The notes under the pieces were generated by a model. That model searched no databases. It was not told the DNA's origin and saw only the letters and a program-made list of their open reading frames with translations. The translations under genes and the position numbers were made by a program. Below, one piece after another: positions 27,064 to 36,671 of a DNA stretch of 64,000 bases (its first letter is position 1; each line of letters starts with the position of its first letter). Source of the DNA: a virus (Duplodnaviria; Heunggongvirae; Uroviricota; Caudoviricetes); IMG/VR virus record IMGVR_UViG_3300035208_001992; one strand, 5' to 3'.

Positions 27064-27486
27064 TTAGGCTTCCTCTTCTACTGGACGCAGGAATTCTGCA
27101 GTTTCTTCATCGTCAGGCTGGCTTAGGGCAACGGCAGTTTTCAGCGCGTCAACATTGATCGCGCTTGCTTCACGCCATTTGCGGAATTCATCGAAGCTCT
27201 TGAAGTCCATGTCAAGCTCTTCGTTCAGATAATCAAGCGGTGACTGTGGCTCAACGCCGCGCAGTTCAGCTTGTTCATCATACAAGTCCTGTTGCGATTC
27301 AAGACGCTCAGCGTCTGCGAAACGAGGAACAGTGACTGAAAATTTGCGACACAAAGCGCGAATCTCTGCGCAGAACTGCTGTCTGCTATCTCGATCATAC
27401 TTTACAAGGTCGTCCTCGCATGTGCAGATCAAGATGTTAGCCAGCTCCTTAGCGCTGGATACATCGCTGAATATCTTTTCAGTCAT
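27064..27486 (-). CDS. hypothetical protein, 140 aa
   Basis: ORF track; AGGAG SD. Confidence 0.8.
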   Translation of the reverse strand: MTEKIFSDVSSAKELANILICTCEDDLVKYDRDSRQQFCAEIRALCRKFSVTVPRFADAERLESQQDLYDEQAELRGVEPQSPLDYLNEELDMDFKSFDEFRKWREASAINVDALKTAVALSQPDDEETAEFLRPVEEEA

Positions 27487-27498
27487 GGCTGCTCCTGA

Positions 27499-28020
27499 TT
27501 ACTGACGTAGGCCGAGTTCGGCGTCGAGTTGATCATTACTGCGAAGGCGTTCGATTTGTGTCCCGCCTGCAGCGATTTGTTGAAGCGACGTTGTCTGGTC
27601 GTGATCATGGTTGACGATCACGACCGCATGAATCTTGTCATTGAACAACAGTCGACGATCTTGTAGCGACATCACCCACCACGCGTTCTTCATCTTTGGG
27701 AAGACGTAGCGCACGCCAGCATCATCTTCATATGAGTACATGCCATGCGTCAAGTAGCAGATGTCGTTGCGGTCGATCTTCTTGATCGGTGTGAGTACGA
27801 AGATGCCCGACGAAGGCGATCCCTTCGTTACCATTGAGTCAATTGATGCGAACCAAAACTCTTCGTCTGATGGAAGAATTCCGCGATATTGCGAATCAAT
27901 GAAGCCGACTTTGCCAAGCGTCTTCGTGAGGATACGGTTCTTCGAGTGCGGGTTGTCGAGGTTCGCGCGAAACTTCACTAGCGAACTGACATTCCTAATT
28001 TTCCGATTGTCGGACATCAT
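27499..28020 (-). CDS. hypothetical protein, 173 aa
   Basis: ORF track; AGGAG SD. Confidence 0.8.
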   Translation of the reverse strand: MMSDNRKIRNVSSLVKFRANLDNPHSKNRILTKTLGKVGFIDSQYRGILPSDEEFWFASIDSMVTKGSPSSGIFVLTPIKKIDRNDICYLTHGMYSYEDDAGVRYVFPKMKNAWWVMSLQDRRLLFNDKIHAVVIVNHDHDQTTSLQQIAAGGTQIERLRSNDQLDAELGLRQ

Positions 28021-28056
28021 TGTATGGCTCCTGAGTTGTTAGTTGAGCGGCTTAAG

Positions 28057-28917
28057 TCAGGCCTTTGCTGGGCTTGTGACCATTTCATTTGTTGCACGAA
28101 TTGAACCGAGTTGCGCGCTTGCACCTGCTTGTAAGATCACGTCGAACGCGAGAGTAAATCGTTCCCAAGCGGTGATGCGATGACGAAGCAACGGGATCTT
28201 CCAAGTACCTGCTGCAAGTGATCCATTCAATGAACCATCTACAACCGAAACAATGTTTTCACCAGGGCGCTTGACATATGATCGCAAAAACGCTTGAGAT
28301 GACAAACCAACGTCGATACGGATGCAACTCACTGGGTCACGATCACATTCGACTTCAAGTTCATATCGCCAAGTTCGCGTTGTCGACGTTGTGGAAGCAA
28401 TTGTTGTCCACATATCGTTGTAGCTTATTGAAGCTTCAGCACTGCTACCAATTGCGTTTTGTAGACTTTGGAAAAGTCCACGGCTACGGGCACTCGCAAT
28501 GATACGTGAATCGCTTGCAACTGGAGCAGCTACGAGCATCTCAGTAGTAAGAGTTAGTCCCCCTCCTGGGTAGAAAATCCAACCAAGAACTACACGGAAA
28601 TCATCTGCACCGATTTCGAGTGCGCCATCGATTATCTGCAATGATGGCTGCGCGTACAGCTGCGAATCCAGTTGCCAAACGATGGTCTTTACTGTTGCAG
28701 CATTGCCAAAGTCACCAAGACTGGACGCAACTGTATTTGCTTCACTATAGAATACGCCTGCGCCAAAGATACCGCTGTTCGCGCCGACTTGCAGTTGGCC
28801 ATCAGTGATTTGTAGCCAAGGCGCTGATACGAGACCAATGCGTTTGCCTGCAGCAATTGCGCGATTCAGCGTTGTTGCATGCGCGTCGACATTGCCAACG
28901 AGAAATGATGCTTCCAT
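28057..28917 (-). CDS. putative virion (tail/baseplate) protein, 286 aa
   Basis: Beta-rich; at the end of the structural operon. Confidence 0.55.
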   Translation of the reverse strand: MEASFLVGNVDAHATTLNRAIAAGKRIGLVSAPWLQITDGQLQVGANSGIFGAGVFYSEANTVASSLGDFGNAATVKTIVWQLDSQLYAQPSLQIIDGALEIGADDFRVVLGWIFYPGGGLTLTTEMLVAAPVASDSRIIASARSRGLFQSLQNAIGSSAEASISYNDMWTTIASTTSTTRTWRYELEVECDRDPVSCIRIDVGLSSQAFLRSYVKRPGENIVSVVDGSLNGSLAAGTWKIPLLRHRITAWERFTLAFDVILQAGASAQLGSIRATNEMVTSPAKA

Positions 28918-28935
28918 TTGTAGCTTGTCCTGTTG

Positions 28936-31143
28936 TTAGAACGGTTGAATCACGTATTGATCATCGACAGTTGACGGCCGCACAAAGTAGGCAGCAAAGC
29001 CACGGCAACGACCTGAGATGACGAATGAGACAGATTCCCAAGCACCATCTATGAATCCAGCAAATAGACTTCCAGTGCAATCATCAGCAAGCGGCACAAG
29101 CACTGCTTCTGCGCGATCACCACTTGCGCGACGAATTACGATGCGCACTGATCCCTTCTTTGCATAGTTCTGGTCAGTGCCAAATAAAACCACAACAAGC
29201 CTTAGCCACTCAGCTGGATTGACGCGAAGTGGAATTTGACGTGACCGATAGCATTGCGCAACGCCACTTGAGTCTGCAAGCTTTGCGTCAATTACTGGCG
29301 TGTTGATTTCACCGCGACCATCCCAATCGATAGTATCAGCTGCAATCACTGTCGGCTGCAAGAAGTCTTCAGCCACAACAAGCTGCGCGCGTTGACCGAG
29401 ACCAAGCGCGTTGTCGATGCCTGGCATCACTTCAGCTGCTTGCTGTAAGCTTGTGTATCCGTGTTTGCCATCGCGCACAACTGTGAGCACACGTCGCTCG
29501 TCGAGCACACTTGTTAGCTTGACACCATCCCAAAAGGCAGATGCAAGTTGAGCGGTCTTTGCATATGTTGCTTCTTGCTTCAGCATCACAGCAAATAGCG
29601 CAGCGCCAACGTTGTCCATTGCGTATTCAGCTGTGTTCAACGCAGTGACTGAATCGACGCTTGCATATACGTTCTTTGTGAAGTGCACTTGCTTTGGCTC
29701 TTCGTAATCGGCCGGCACAGCTGCATCGATCCAGCTGTCGACGTCAAAGACGAGAACCTCATCTTGATTCAGGCCGTTCACGTCCGTGCCTTCGATTCTG
29801 AACGCAACAGTCGACGCAGGATTTGGTGGCATATCTGTCAACGCAATTCCAACGCGTCCTGGAGAAGGAATGCTTGTGTCAATCTCGTACCTGACGTTAG
29901 CGCTTTGCAGCACTTCAGTGAAAGCCATCACTATTGTTGGATCGATGTAGACTTGACCGTTCGTTCCTGCATGGAACGTCAACTGACGAGGCACTGCACC
30001 GTACTTGCGTACTGGAACTGTTGTACGCAACAACGCGGTCTTTGCAAGGCCACCAGTGATCACGATATCATCGTTCGCCACAGCATTGAATGTCACCGAG
30101 GTGTTGTCGTACTTTTGCACTGAGCCAGTTGCTGTGCGGCAATACACAATCACAAGATCATGCGTTGGACGCGAGTTGATGAGCAGCAACACGTTCTTCG
30201 TGCCAGCAATCCAATCAATCGCGATCTCTTGATCACCAGCATAGGCACGGAATATGACGTTAGCCATAGTCGTGAGTTCGACGTAGAAGCAGCTCGGTTT
30301 CGAGAACCAAGAACGACGCGTCACAGACCCATCAGTGTCGATCTTGATTGCGCTTGGCGCGAAAGTGTCACTACAGATGTAGCCAGATATTCCTGGCACA
30401 GACTGAGCGCTGCTCAAGATCATGCCAGAATTCGTGAGTTGGTCATATGGCTTTAGCCGACCAACAGACAAGTCATTGATGTCAATTCCATGTGGGTTGC
30501 GCACTGTAGGTGTGCCTGAACCAACATAGTTTCGGTGCACAATATCGCATGCGCTGAACCACGGACGATTCCAAGAATAGCCGTTTGAGTTGTCAGTGAT
30601 CAGCAGCGGAATGTCTCCATCGGACCAGATCACAACGCCGAGCACAACCATCGAATCAAGCACATCACGCGTGAATAGCGTCGAATCGTAGTAGTCGCTA
30701 AGCAGCACAGTTGACACAACCACAGACTGGACGAAGCCAACGCTTACCGTCTGTCCATCAGTCGTCAACGCGAGCTCATCAGAACGCTTCTCTGTTCGTT
30801 GGACATATACGAGCGTTTCTGAACCGCGCGATATCCCTGTTAGCGTAGCAGTTGTTGCTTCATTCAACGTGATCACGTCGCCTATTGGCGTGACTGCAGA
30901 GCCAGGAAACACAGTGACTTTCGAGTAGTCACTTGTATTGAGCACAGGCCAAAGTGGACGAGCTGTCCCATCAGCATTGTAGCGTGGATCAACAGCGTCG
31001 ACAATGCCGTAGCCATTGTTCGACATGAAGCGCGTGCGCTCACGCATTGAATCTTGCAAGAACATCAAGTGCCGACTAAGTGAATCAGGTGTCATGACTC
31101 CTGCGGCAGTATTCACAGACGACAAGAGGCTAGGCTCACTCAT
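28936..31143 (-). CDS. putative baseplate/tail structural protein, 735 aa; paralog of 49836..52358
   Basis: Shares HR...NPHGIDINDLSV...QL...G and FRIEGTDVNG blocks with 49836..52358. Confidence 0.6.
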   Translation of the reverse strand: MSEPSLLSSVNTAAGVMTPDSLSRHLMFLQDSMRERTRFMSNNGYGIVDAVDPRYNADGTARPLWPVLNTSDYSKVTVFPGSAVTPIGDVITLNEATTATLTGISRGSETLVYVQRTEKRSDELALTTDGQTVSVGFVQSVVVSTVLLSDYYDSTLFTRDVLDSMVVLGVVIWSDGDIPLLITDNSNGYSWNRPWFSACDIVHRNYVGSGTPTVRNPHGIDINDLSVGRLKPYDQLTNSGMILSSAQSVPGISGYICSDTFAPSAIKIDTDGSVTRRSWFSKPSCFYVELTTMANVIFRAYAGDQEIAIDWIAGTKNVLLLINSRPTHDLVIVYCRTATGSVQKYDNTSVTFNAVANDDIVITGGLAKTALLRTTVPVRKYGAVPRQLTFHAGTNGQVYIDPTIVMAFTEVLQSANVRYEIDTSIPSPGRVGIALTDMPPNPASTVAFRIEGTDVNGLNQDEVLVFDVDSWIDAAVPADYEEPKQVHFTKNVYASVDSVTALNTAEYAMDNVGAALFAVMLKQEATYAKTAQLASAFWDGVKLTSVLDERRVLTVVRDGKHGYTSLQQAAEVMPGIDNALGLGQRAQLVVAEDFLQPTVIAADTIDWDGRGEINTPVIDAKLADSSGVAQCYRSRQIPLRVNPAEWLRLVVVLFGTDQNYAKKGSVRIVIRRASGDRAEAVLVPLADDCTGSLFAGFIDGAWESVSFVISGRCRGFAAYFVRPSTVDDQYVIQPF

Positions 31144-31144
31144 C

Positions 31145-32254
31145 TTATTTGCTCCTGTTCAGTGCACGCGCGATTCGGTGCAACGCCGAGCCAGTGACTA
31201 AGTCAGGCTCGAGTTGCTTGCGGTATTTCTCTTTGAATTCATCGCTCATGCGTGTGCCATAGTTGCGCTTGATGATTTCCCAAGCTGACGCAGGCAACTC
31301 ACTTGCAGAACGCTCGAACTGCTTTCGAATAGTGCGTTCGAGCTCAAGCGTTGATATTTGCGTGTTAGCTGGAGGCTGTGGAGCGACCAGTCGCGGTCCA
31401 TCAATCATCTCAACATAGCTGTCGAGATCTTCATCATGGTCTTTTGGCTTTGACGGCACAGCAGGTTTGTTGACTACTGGCTTTGGCTTCACAATGGTTG
31501 ACGATGGCTTCGATGTTGGAGCAAGTGGTGGCTTTGGCTTCACTGCTGGTTTCTTCTTCGCAATGCCAGGCTTAGGCGGATACTTCTTACGTTGTGGCTT
31601 GTCTTGCTCGTCACGCACGCGTGTACGCGGACGTCCACGGCCCTTGTGCCCACCTGTCGCTTCGACTAAAGCATCGTCAAGCACAGTCTTGATCTTCTCG
31701 AGATCAGGCGTGTTTAGACCTTCGGCTGCAACCAAACGCGAAACGCCAGCATTGTACTCAAGCGTGACAGACCACTGGTTCTTGCGCGTGCGAAGTTCAC
31801 GCAGCGCTGTTAGCGTCTCATTGATGGTCTTTGAGAACTTACGCCAGAAGTAGTTGCTTGCATAGTACGGCGTCAATAGCTGTCGGTCACGCACAATCTT
31901 GATTGCAAGAGTTGCACGTGCCGACAGTGCCTTGTCAATGAATGCTTGCTTGAGACGAGCTTCAACAACTGAGGCCTCTGCAACATTCTCTTCAGCTGGC
32001 GCAACATACGGACCAACAATCGCTGATCTACTTGGCTGCCCATCAAAATCAGGTCTGCTAAGCATATAGTCAGTCCAAACTTCGAGCGTGTCTTTGTTGA
32101 CGTAAACTGCGCTCACGCCTTTGATTCCAACATCAGTAGCATACTGTGTTGGTGGCTGTTCATATGTCGTAATGCAATACGCACACCACTTGGCCTTCAC
32201 TGTGCCAACAGGCTGCTTGTCCTCGTTGCTGAAAACTGGATCCCAATTAGGCAT
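31145..32254 (-). CDS. hypothetical protein with AT-hook-like KGRGRPR and K/P-rich linker
   Basis: ORF track; start at 32254 preferred (GGGAG SD, ATGCCTAA overlap). Confidence 0.7.
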   Translation of the reverse strand: MPNWDPVFSNEDKQPVGTVKAKWCAYCITTYEQPPTQYATDVGIKGVSAVYVNKDTLEVWTDYMLSRPDFDGQPSRSAIVGPYVAPAEENVAEASVVEARLKQAFIDKALSARATLAIKIVRDRQLLTPYYASNYFWRKFSKTINETLTALRELRTRKNQWSVTLEYNAGVSRLVAAEGLNTPDLEKIKTVLDDALVEATGGHKGRGRPRTRVRDEQDKPQRKKYPPKPGIAKKKPAVKPKPPLAPTSKPSSTIVKPKPVVNKPAVPSKPKDHDEDLDSYVEMIDGPRLVAPQPPANTQISTLELERTIRKQFERSASELPASAWEIIKRNYGTRMSDEFKEKYRKQLEPDLVTGSALHRIARALNRSK

Positions 32255-32486
32255 CACCATTCTCCCGAGTGTCTTGAATCAACGTAAGCAAACGCTCAGC
32301 GCGCTCAATTGCGAGCACGTTAGTCGAAGTCGCGATCACTTGATTCGCGCTTTCTTCGAGCTTGGTGAGTTCTTCTTCAGACCAACTGTATCCTGCATTC
32401 GTTTCAGGCGCTGACGCTTGCACAACATTTTCAGTTGCAATGCCTGCGTCTTTCAGCAAGTTTGAAACGATCATCTTATCATACAT
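32247..32486 (-). CDS. hypothetical protein, 79 aa (MYDKMIV...); start corrected from 32594
   Basis: AGGAG SD 9 nt before ATG 32486; 8-nt ATGTATGA overlap with the holin-like gene. Confidence 0.65.
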   Translation of the reverse strand: MYDKMIVSNLLKDAGIATENVVQASAPETNAGYSWSEEELTKLEESANQVIATSTNVLAIERAERLLTLIQDTRENGDA

Positions 32487-32850
32487 TTGGTCCATCTCCT
32501 GTCGGCGCTGGTTGCGCTGCAATTGTTGCAGTTGTTGCGGCTGTTGCAGCTGTTGCGCTTGCATCACTCGTGTTTGTGATCTTTGTGCTGCCATTGCGGT
32601 CGCGCCCGATCTCGACGCCTTTTGTCAAGAAGACGTAGCTCAACAGTCCAAGCAATACCGTGATCATTGTCTCGGGTGGGTCAAGCTTGATGACCCAAAA
32701 CCTGAACAAACACGCTGCTAAGATGATGCTTGTCCAAAGCCGTCCGAAGCTTCCAGTTGAACCGCCCTTGTAGAACGGAGCAATGAAATTGTCCCAAGCT
32801 GTGATGATCGTGCTGCTAGCGCGTAGCCGCTCAATTATTGGCGTGCCCAT
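32479..32850 (-). CDS. holin-like small membrane protein (2 predicted TM segments)
   Basis: Hydrophobic stretches LWTSIILAACLFRFWVI and MITVLLGLLSYVFL; GGAGG SD; follows the tail genes. Confidence 0.5.
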   Translation of the reverse strand: MGTPIIERLRASSTIITAWDNFIAPFYKGGSTGSFGRLWTSIILAACLFRFWVIKLDPPETMITVLLGLLSYVFLTKGVEIGRDRNGSTKITNTSDASATAATAATTATIAAQPAPTGDGPNV

Positions 32851-32874
32851 GAGTTAGCCCTCCATATTATGAGT

Positions 32875-33672
32875 TCAATTCAATGCCAGTATGTCAGGTA
32901 AATTACGAGGTCCAAGCTCAAAGTCATAAATGCGCAGTACTTCTGCATAACGCGTTATTGGACGCGTAATCACGTATGCTGTTGTTGCGGTTGCACTTTG
33001 CGTGTAACCAACAGCAAGCGCCATTGCTTTTACTGTCGCACTTGTGGTGAGCTCGAATGAGCTTGTGTAAATTGCTGAGCTGCTAGTTGGCTCCGATCCA
33101 TCAATTGTGTAGTAGATCGTTGAGTTATGCGTTTCACACGTGATCGTTACCGTGACAGAACCAGAATATGAACCTGCTGCTGGCAAGATGACAGGAGTTG
33201 CAGCAGGCACTGGCTCACTTCCAGCTTCAAGCTGTTCAACGAATGCTTGAATCGGAGATCCAGGCCGTCGATACAAGATCGAAATGAGCTGCAAGTCAGC
33301 ACTTAGGTCAAATGAGAAATCAGGCAAGCGTACTGCGGGCCACTCACTCGTGACAACAGATCCGAGTATGTTGAAATAGATCGTCGTGCCAATGACATAC
33401 GCGAAAGCAATGCCGCGACTTGTGACGTCTCTCACAAAGAATGCAGTCACGTTGCTTGCGACTGTTTCTATGCTGCTTAGTGCTAATGGACTTCCAACAA
33501 TAGCGCGTTGAAGTGCATTGCTTGAGTCAAGCCAATACACGTGCAGATTCGCTGATTCAACTAACTGTACGGCGCTACCACGGCCGACAAGCACGCTTGA
33601 TCGACCATAGCTTAGCGTAATTACGCCGGCGCTTACTTGAGCTGTGTACGCGCCAACAACGGACGTAATCAT
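32875..33672 (-). CDS. virion protein with Fn3-associated/chitobiase-C-type domain
   Basis: TPVILPAAGSY...TIYYTIDGSEPT...Y...TVKAMA consensus. Confidence 0.75.
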   Translation of the reverse strand: MITSVVGAYTAQVSAGVITLSYGRSSVLVGRGSAVQLVESANLHVYWLDSSNALQRAIVGSPLALSSIETVASNVTAFFVRDVTSRGIAFAYVIGTTIYFNILGSVVTSEWPAVRLPDFSFDLSADLQLISILYRRPGSPIQAFVEQLEAGSEPVPAATPVILPAAGSYSGSVTVTITCETHNSTIYYTIDGSEPTSSSAIYTSSFELTTSATVKAMALAVGYTQSATATTAYVITRPITRYAEVLRIYDFELGPRNLPDILALN

Positions 33673-36662
33673 GGACTGACCGCTTTCACGTAGCTGTAAT
33701 TCAACGTCGCCGTTTTACCAATGTGCGACGCATGCAAATACAGCGTGTCTTTGTACACGTAGAAATGTGTCTCGTCTGGCGTTGTGCCACCAGCGCCAAT
33801 ATGGAACGTCAATGGAGTGCCGTTGACAGAGCAAGTGATCAACTCAGGTCGTTCATATTCGACACCGCAATACGATGGACTGTTTATCGCTGGTGGAATT
33901 TCAGTAGCAGCAGTCGCTATTTGTAGCGTTGCTTCTGCTGGAATCAAGTCACCGAGATAGTAGCATGCCGCTTGCATTGTAGACATTGACGTGCTCGGGA
34001 ATGTCTTGATCTGGTATGCAGTGTACGTGTCAAATGCTTGACCTGCACCGAACGTGATCTGCGACCACGGATTTATCAGCTGTGGCGTTGAGTGCGTCTT
34101 CCGAGAACGCTTTGCGCGTCCAGCAGTTCCGTGTATCCAATTCGCTCCGTCCCAATCCAGCTCAATCCCGATCGACGTTGGTATCTGCGTTCCGCAGACA
34201 AACAAGCTGTAGCACTTGTCGAGAATCACAACAGTCGAACTGTACTTTGCGTATTCATAGTCGCACGCGCGTACATACACAGACGCGAACGGAATCGGTC
34301 CATAAGGTGACGCGAAATGAGCTTCTTCATTACCAACGCCTTGCCTTTCAGTCATGCGATCAGTTTTCGGCAACGGATAGAAGTAGATGCGGCAACCAGC
34401 GTCATCTAACCTGAAGTCACCAGTCCATGGGCGTGAAGGCCCGTTGTCTGAGTCACGGAATAGGCCAAGCGTGCCATCCAGTGTTTGCTGAACTAGCCTC
34501 ACTGGGATCGTCAATATCGAGAAGTGATGATCGTCAATGCGGAAGATGCGACTAGTCAACCTGTAGTCAGATTCATATGCATCTTCCCAGTAGCCGAAGT
34601 AGTGACGCGTGTTTTTACGACGCATGATTCCGTCTGCGCCGACAGAGAACCAAGTTAGCGACGTTGGCGTATTGTAGTATGTTCCTGTGTGCAGCACAAT
34701 CAGGTCACCGTTGCTACGTAGACTTGTTGCGATCACGCTGTGCGTGTGTCTATCCGAACTATTGATTATTGCACAAGACCAAGCTAGCGTTTGGCCTGTA
34801 GCAATTTCGTGTCTCACTGCCCAATTTGGCGGACGATCATCGGCCGACACACGATCTTCGATAGCTGTAGTCACCCAAGTCAAATAGCCGTTGACTGCAG
34901 TCAACTTGCATGGTGCCACAGTCTTTTGACCATCGCGTGCGCTCGGCATCGCAACAGGCACGACCACGCGTGCAGTAAAGTCGAACACGCCATTTGTGTG
35001 ACCGACATACAGCTTTGACAACTCACGATCAACTGCAATTGCTTTGAGCTTCATGTTGATGCCGGCAGCTGCACCATAAGTAGTCACAGCACGCGTGCTG
35101 ATTTCATAGAGGACAATGCGCGTCTCGTGGATCATCCAAACGTGTCCGTTGAACACTTCCATCTGCAACGGTGGCTTAGTCAACGAGCAGAGCACTTCGC
35201 TCTCATGTGCCTTACCTAACTCTTGCCGATTGAGCCAGTATTCGAAGTTGTCGTCCATGGACACATAGTATAGCCATTGGTCTTCAGGCTGTTGCGCCAT
35301 TGCAAACGAAACAGGTTGCAAGCAGAACTGGCTACTACCATTGTCTTCTTGCGTTTCAATATCTGATCCTGCCCTGGTCAAGAACGTGCCAAGCTCAAAA
35401 TATGTCGATTTCGAACCGTCAGGTTTCTTGAACGGCAAGTGAGACGTTAGCGTAGTATTGATCAAGTCACGTGGATAGCGCTCGATGAAGTACGAGGCTG
35501 TGCCTGTAAGTCCAGGTTGATCGATTCGAACAACATCAACTACTGTTCTTGGAGAACGCGCGACTGCTGTTGTCGTGATCTTGCTCGACGCGTCAGTTGC
35601 AAATCCGTAGATCTGACATGACGGCGCAACGACAGGTCCACTGATCGCGTTGCTGACTCCTGGAACTTTGATTCGATCTTGCGATAGAAAACCAATGATT
35701 GGAGAATGCCAAGCACCAACGCGACTGAACGCGACTAGACAAATACCGTTCGCGTTCGTGACTGCTGTCGGAAACAGCATGAACTTGAGCAGTCGGCTAT
35801 TGTAATGAAACTGTGGCGACGCGCTACCAGGTAAATAAGTTGTTCCAATGAATCGCGCGATCTTTGTATAGTCATCGACTTCCAAGTTAGTCGACAACAC
35901 GTGTAGCAACCATGGATTTGAACGCTCATAATACGGTACGCGATCGATCATATGCGGGCTGTCTGTCGTTTTGCGATCTGTTCCAATGATGCTACCACCA
36001 TTGGCACTAGGATCTCCAGAATAGCCAACGTTGTAGTCTGATGAAGCATCGCGTAGACGAGACTCAATCAGCGCAGGTAAAGATTCAAGCGTCAACGGAC
36101 CTTGCTGCGCAGTCACTTCTGGAATGACCTTTATAGACAAATCAAGTAACGGATTGAACGCTAGCTCAACAGGATCGATGAGCACAGAAGCGTCAAGTGC
36201 TGATATCACCATTGGCGCAAACGGCGTACGTGCAGCTACACCACTGTTGTTCGCGTCATTTGTTTGATCGTCAGTGCTGTAGTTGTGAGACATATATGTC
36301 TGCTGGAGAACAGCACTGTGTTGCATGCTCTCAAGTACGCCGCTTGTGCTCAAGTCACTGATTGCATCTGCTTGCCGCATACGATTGCGACGAGCATTGT
36401 CTAACTCGACGCCATCAAGCAATCTGCCAATGCCAGCAACAGAGCCAACGTTTGCTGATTGCAACGTAGGCATACCGCGCATCTCAGCGAATGATGAATT
36501 TAGCTCAGCTGCTGATCCGCTTAGCGTTGCGCGCGTTACAGGCACAGGCCTGAGCCCAAGATGCGTGCACGAGTTCATGTAGAACATGTATGATGACATC
36601 CAACCGCCGCTTCCGCCGGGGATGCTTGACACCATGCGCTTCAATAGTTCGACGTTGATCAT
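33669..36662 (-). CDS. large tail/baseplate-associated protein, 997 aa, probable beta-propeller region
   Basis: ORF track; ATGA-coupled; propeller-like repeats (AIAVDRELSKLYVGHTNGV). Confidence 0.6.
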   Translation of the reverse strand: MINVELLKRMVSSIPGGSGGWMSSYMFYMNSCTHLGLRPVPVTRATLSGSAAELNSSFAEMRGMPTLQSANVGSVAGIGRLLDGVELDNARRNRMRQADAISDLSTSGVLESMQHSAVLQQTYMSHNYSTDDQTNDANNSGVAARTPFAPMVISALDASVLIDPVELAFNPLLDLSIKVIPEVTAQQGPLTLESLPALIESRLRDASSDYNVGYSGDPSANGGSIIGTDRKTTDSPHMIDRVPYYERSNPWLLHVLSTNLEVDDYTKIARFIGTTYLPGSASPQFHYNSRLLKFMLFPTAVTNANGICLVAFSRVGAWHSPIIGFLSQDRIKVPGVSNAISGPVVAPSCQIYGFATDASSKITTTAVARSPRTVVDVVRIDQPGLTGTASYFIERYPRDLINTTLTSHLPFKKPDGSKSTYFELGTFLTRAGSDIETQEDNGSSQFCLQPVSFAMAQQPEDQWLYYVSMDDNFEYWLNRQELGKAHESEVLCSLTKPPLQMEVFNGHVWMIHETRIVLYEISTRAVTTYGAAAGINMKLKAIAVDRELSKLYVGHTNGVFDFTARVVVPVAMPSARDGQKTVAPCKLTAVNGYLTWVTTAIEDRVSADDRPPNWAVRHEIATGQTLAWSCAIINSSDRHTHSVIATSLRSNGDLIVLHTGTYYNTPTSLTWFSVGADGIMRRKNTRHYFGYWEDAYESDYRLTSRIFRIDDHHFSILTIPVRLVQQTLDGTLGLFRDSDNGPSRPWTGDFRLDDAGCRIYFYPLPKTDRMTERQGVGNEEAHFASPYGPIPFASVYVRACDYEYAKYSSTVVILDKCYSLFVCGTQIPTSIGIELDWDGANWIHGTAGRAKRSRKTHSTPQLINPWSQITFGAGQAFDTYTAYQIKTFPSTSMSTMQAACYYLGDLIPAEATLQIATAATEIPPAINSPSYCGVEYERPELITCSVNGTPLTFHIGAGGTTPDETHFYVYKDTLYLHASHIGKTATLNYSYVKAVSP

Positions 36663-36671
36663 TGTGTGTCC

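Noticed and set aside
32487-32594. Gln-rich N-terminus of ORF 32247..32594
   Set aside because: It is an off-frame reading of the Ala/Thr-rich tail of the holin-like gene. The SD supports a start at 32486.
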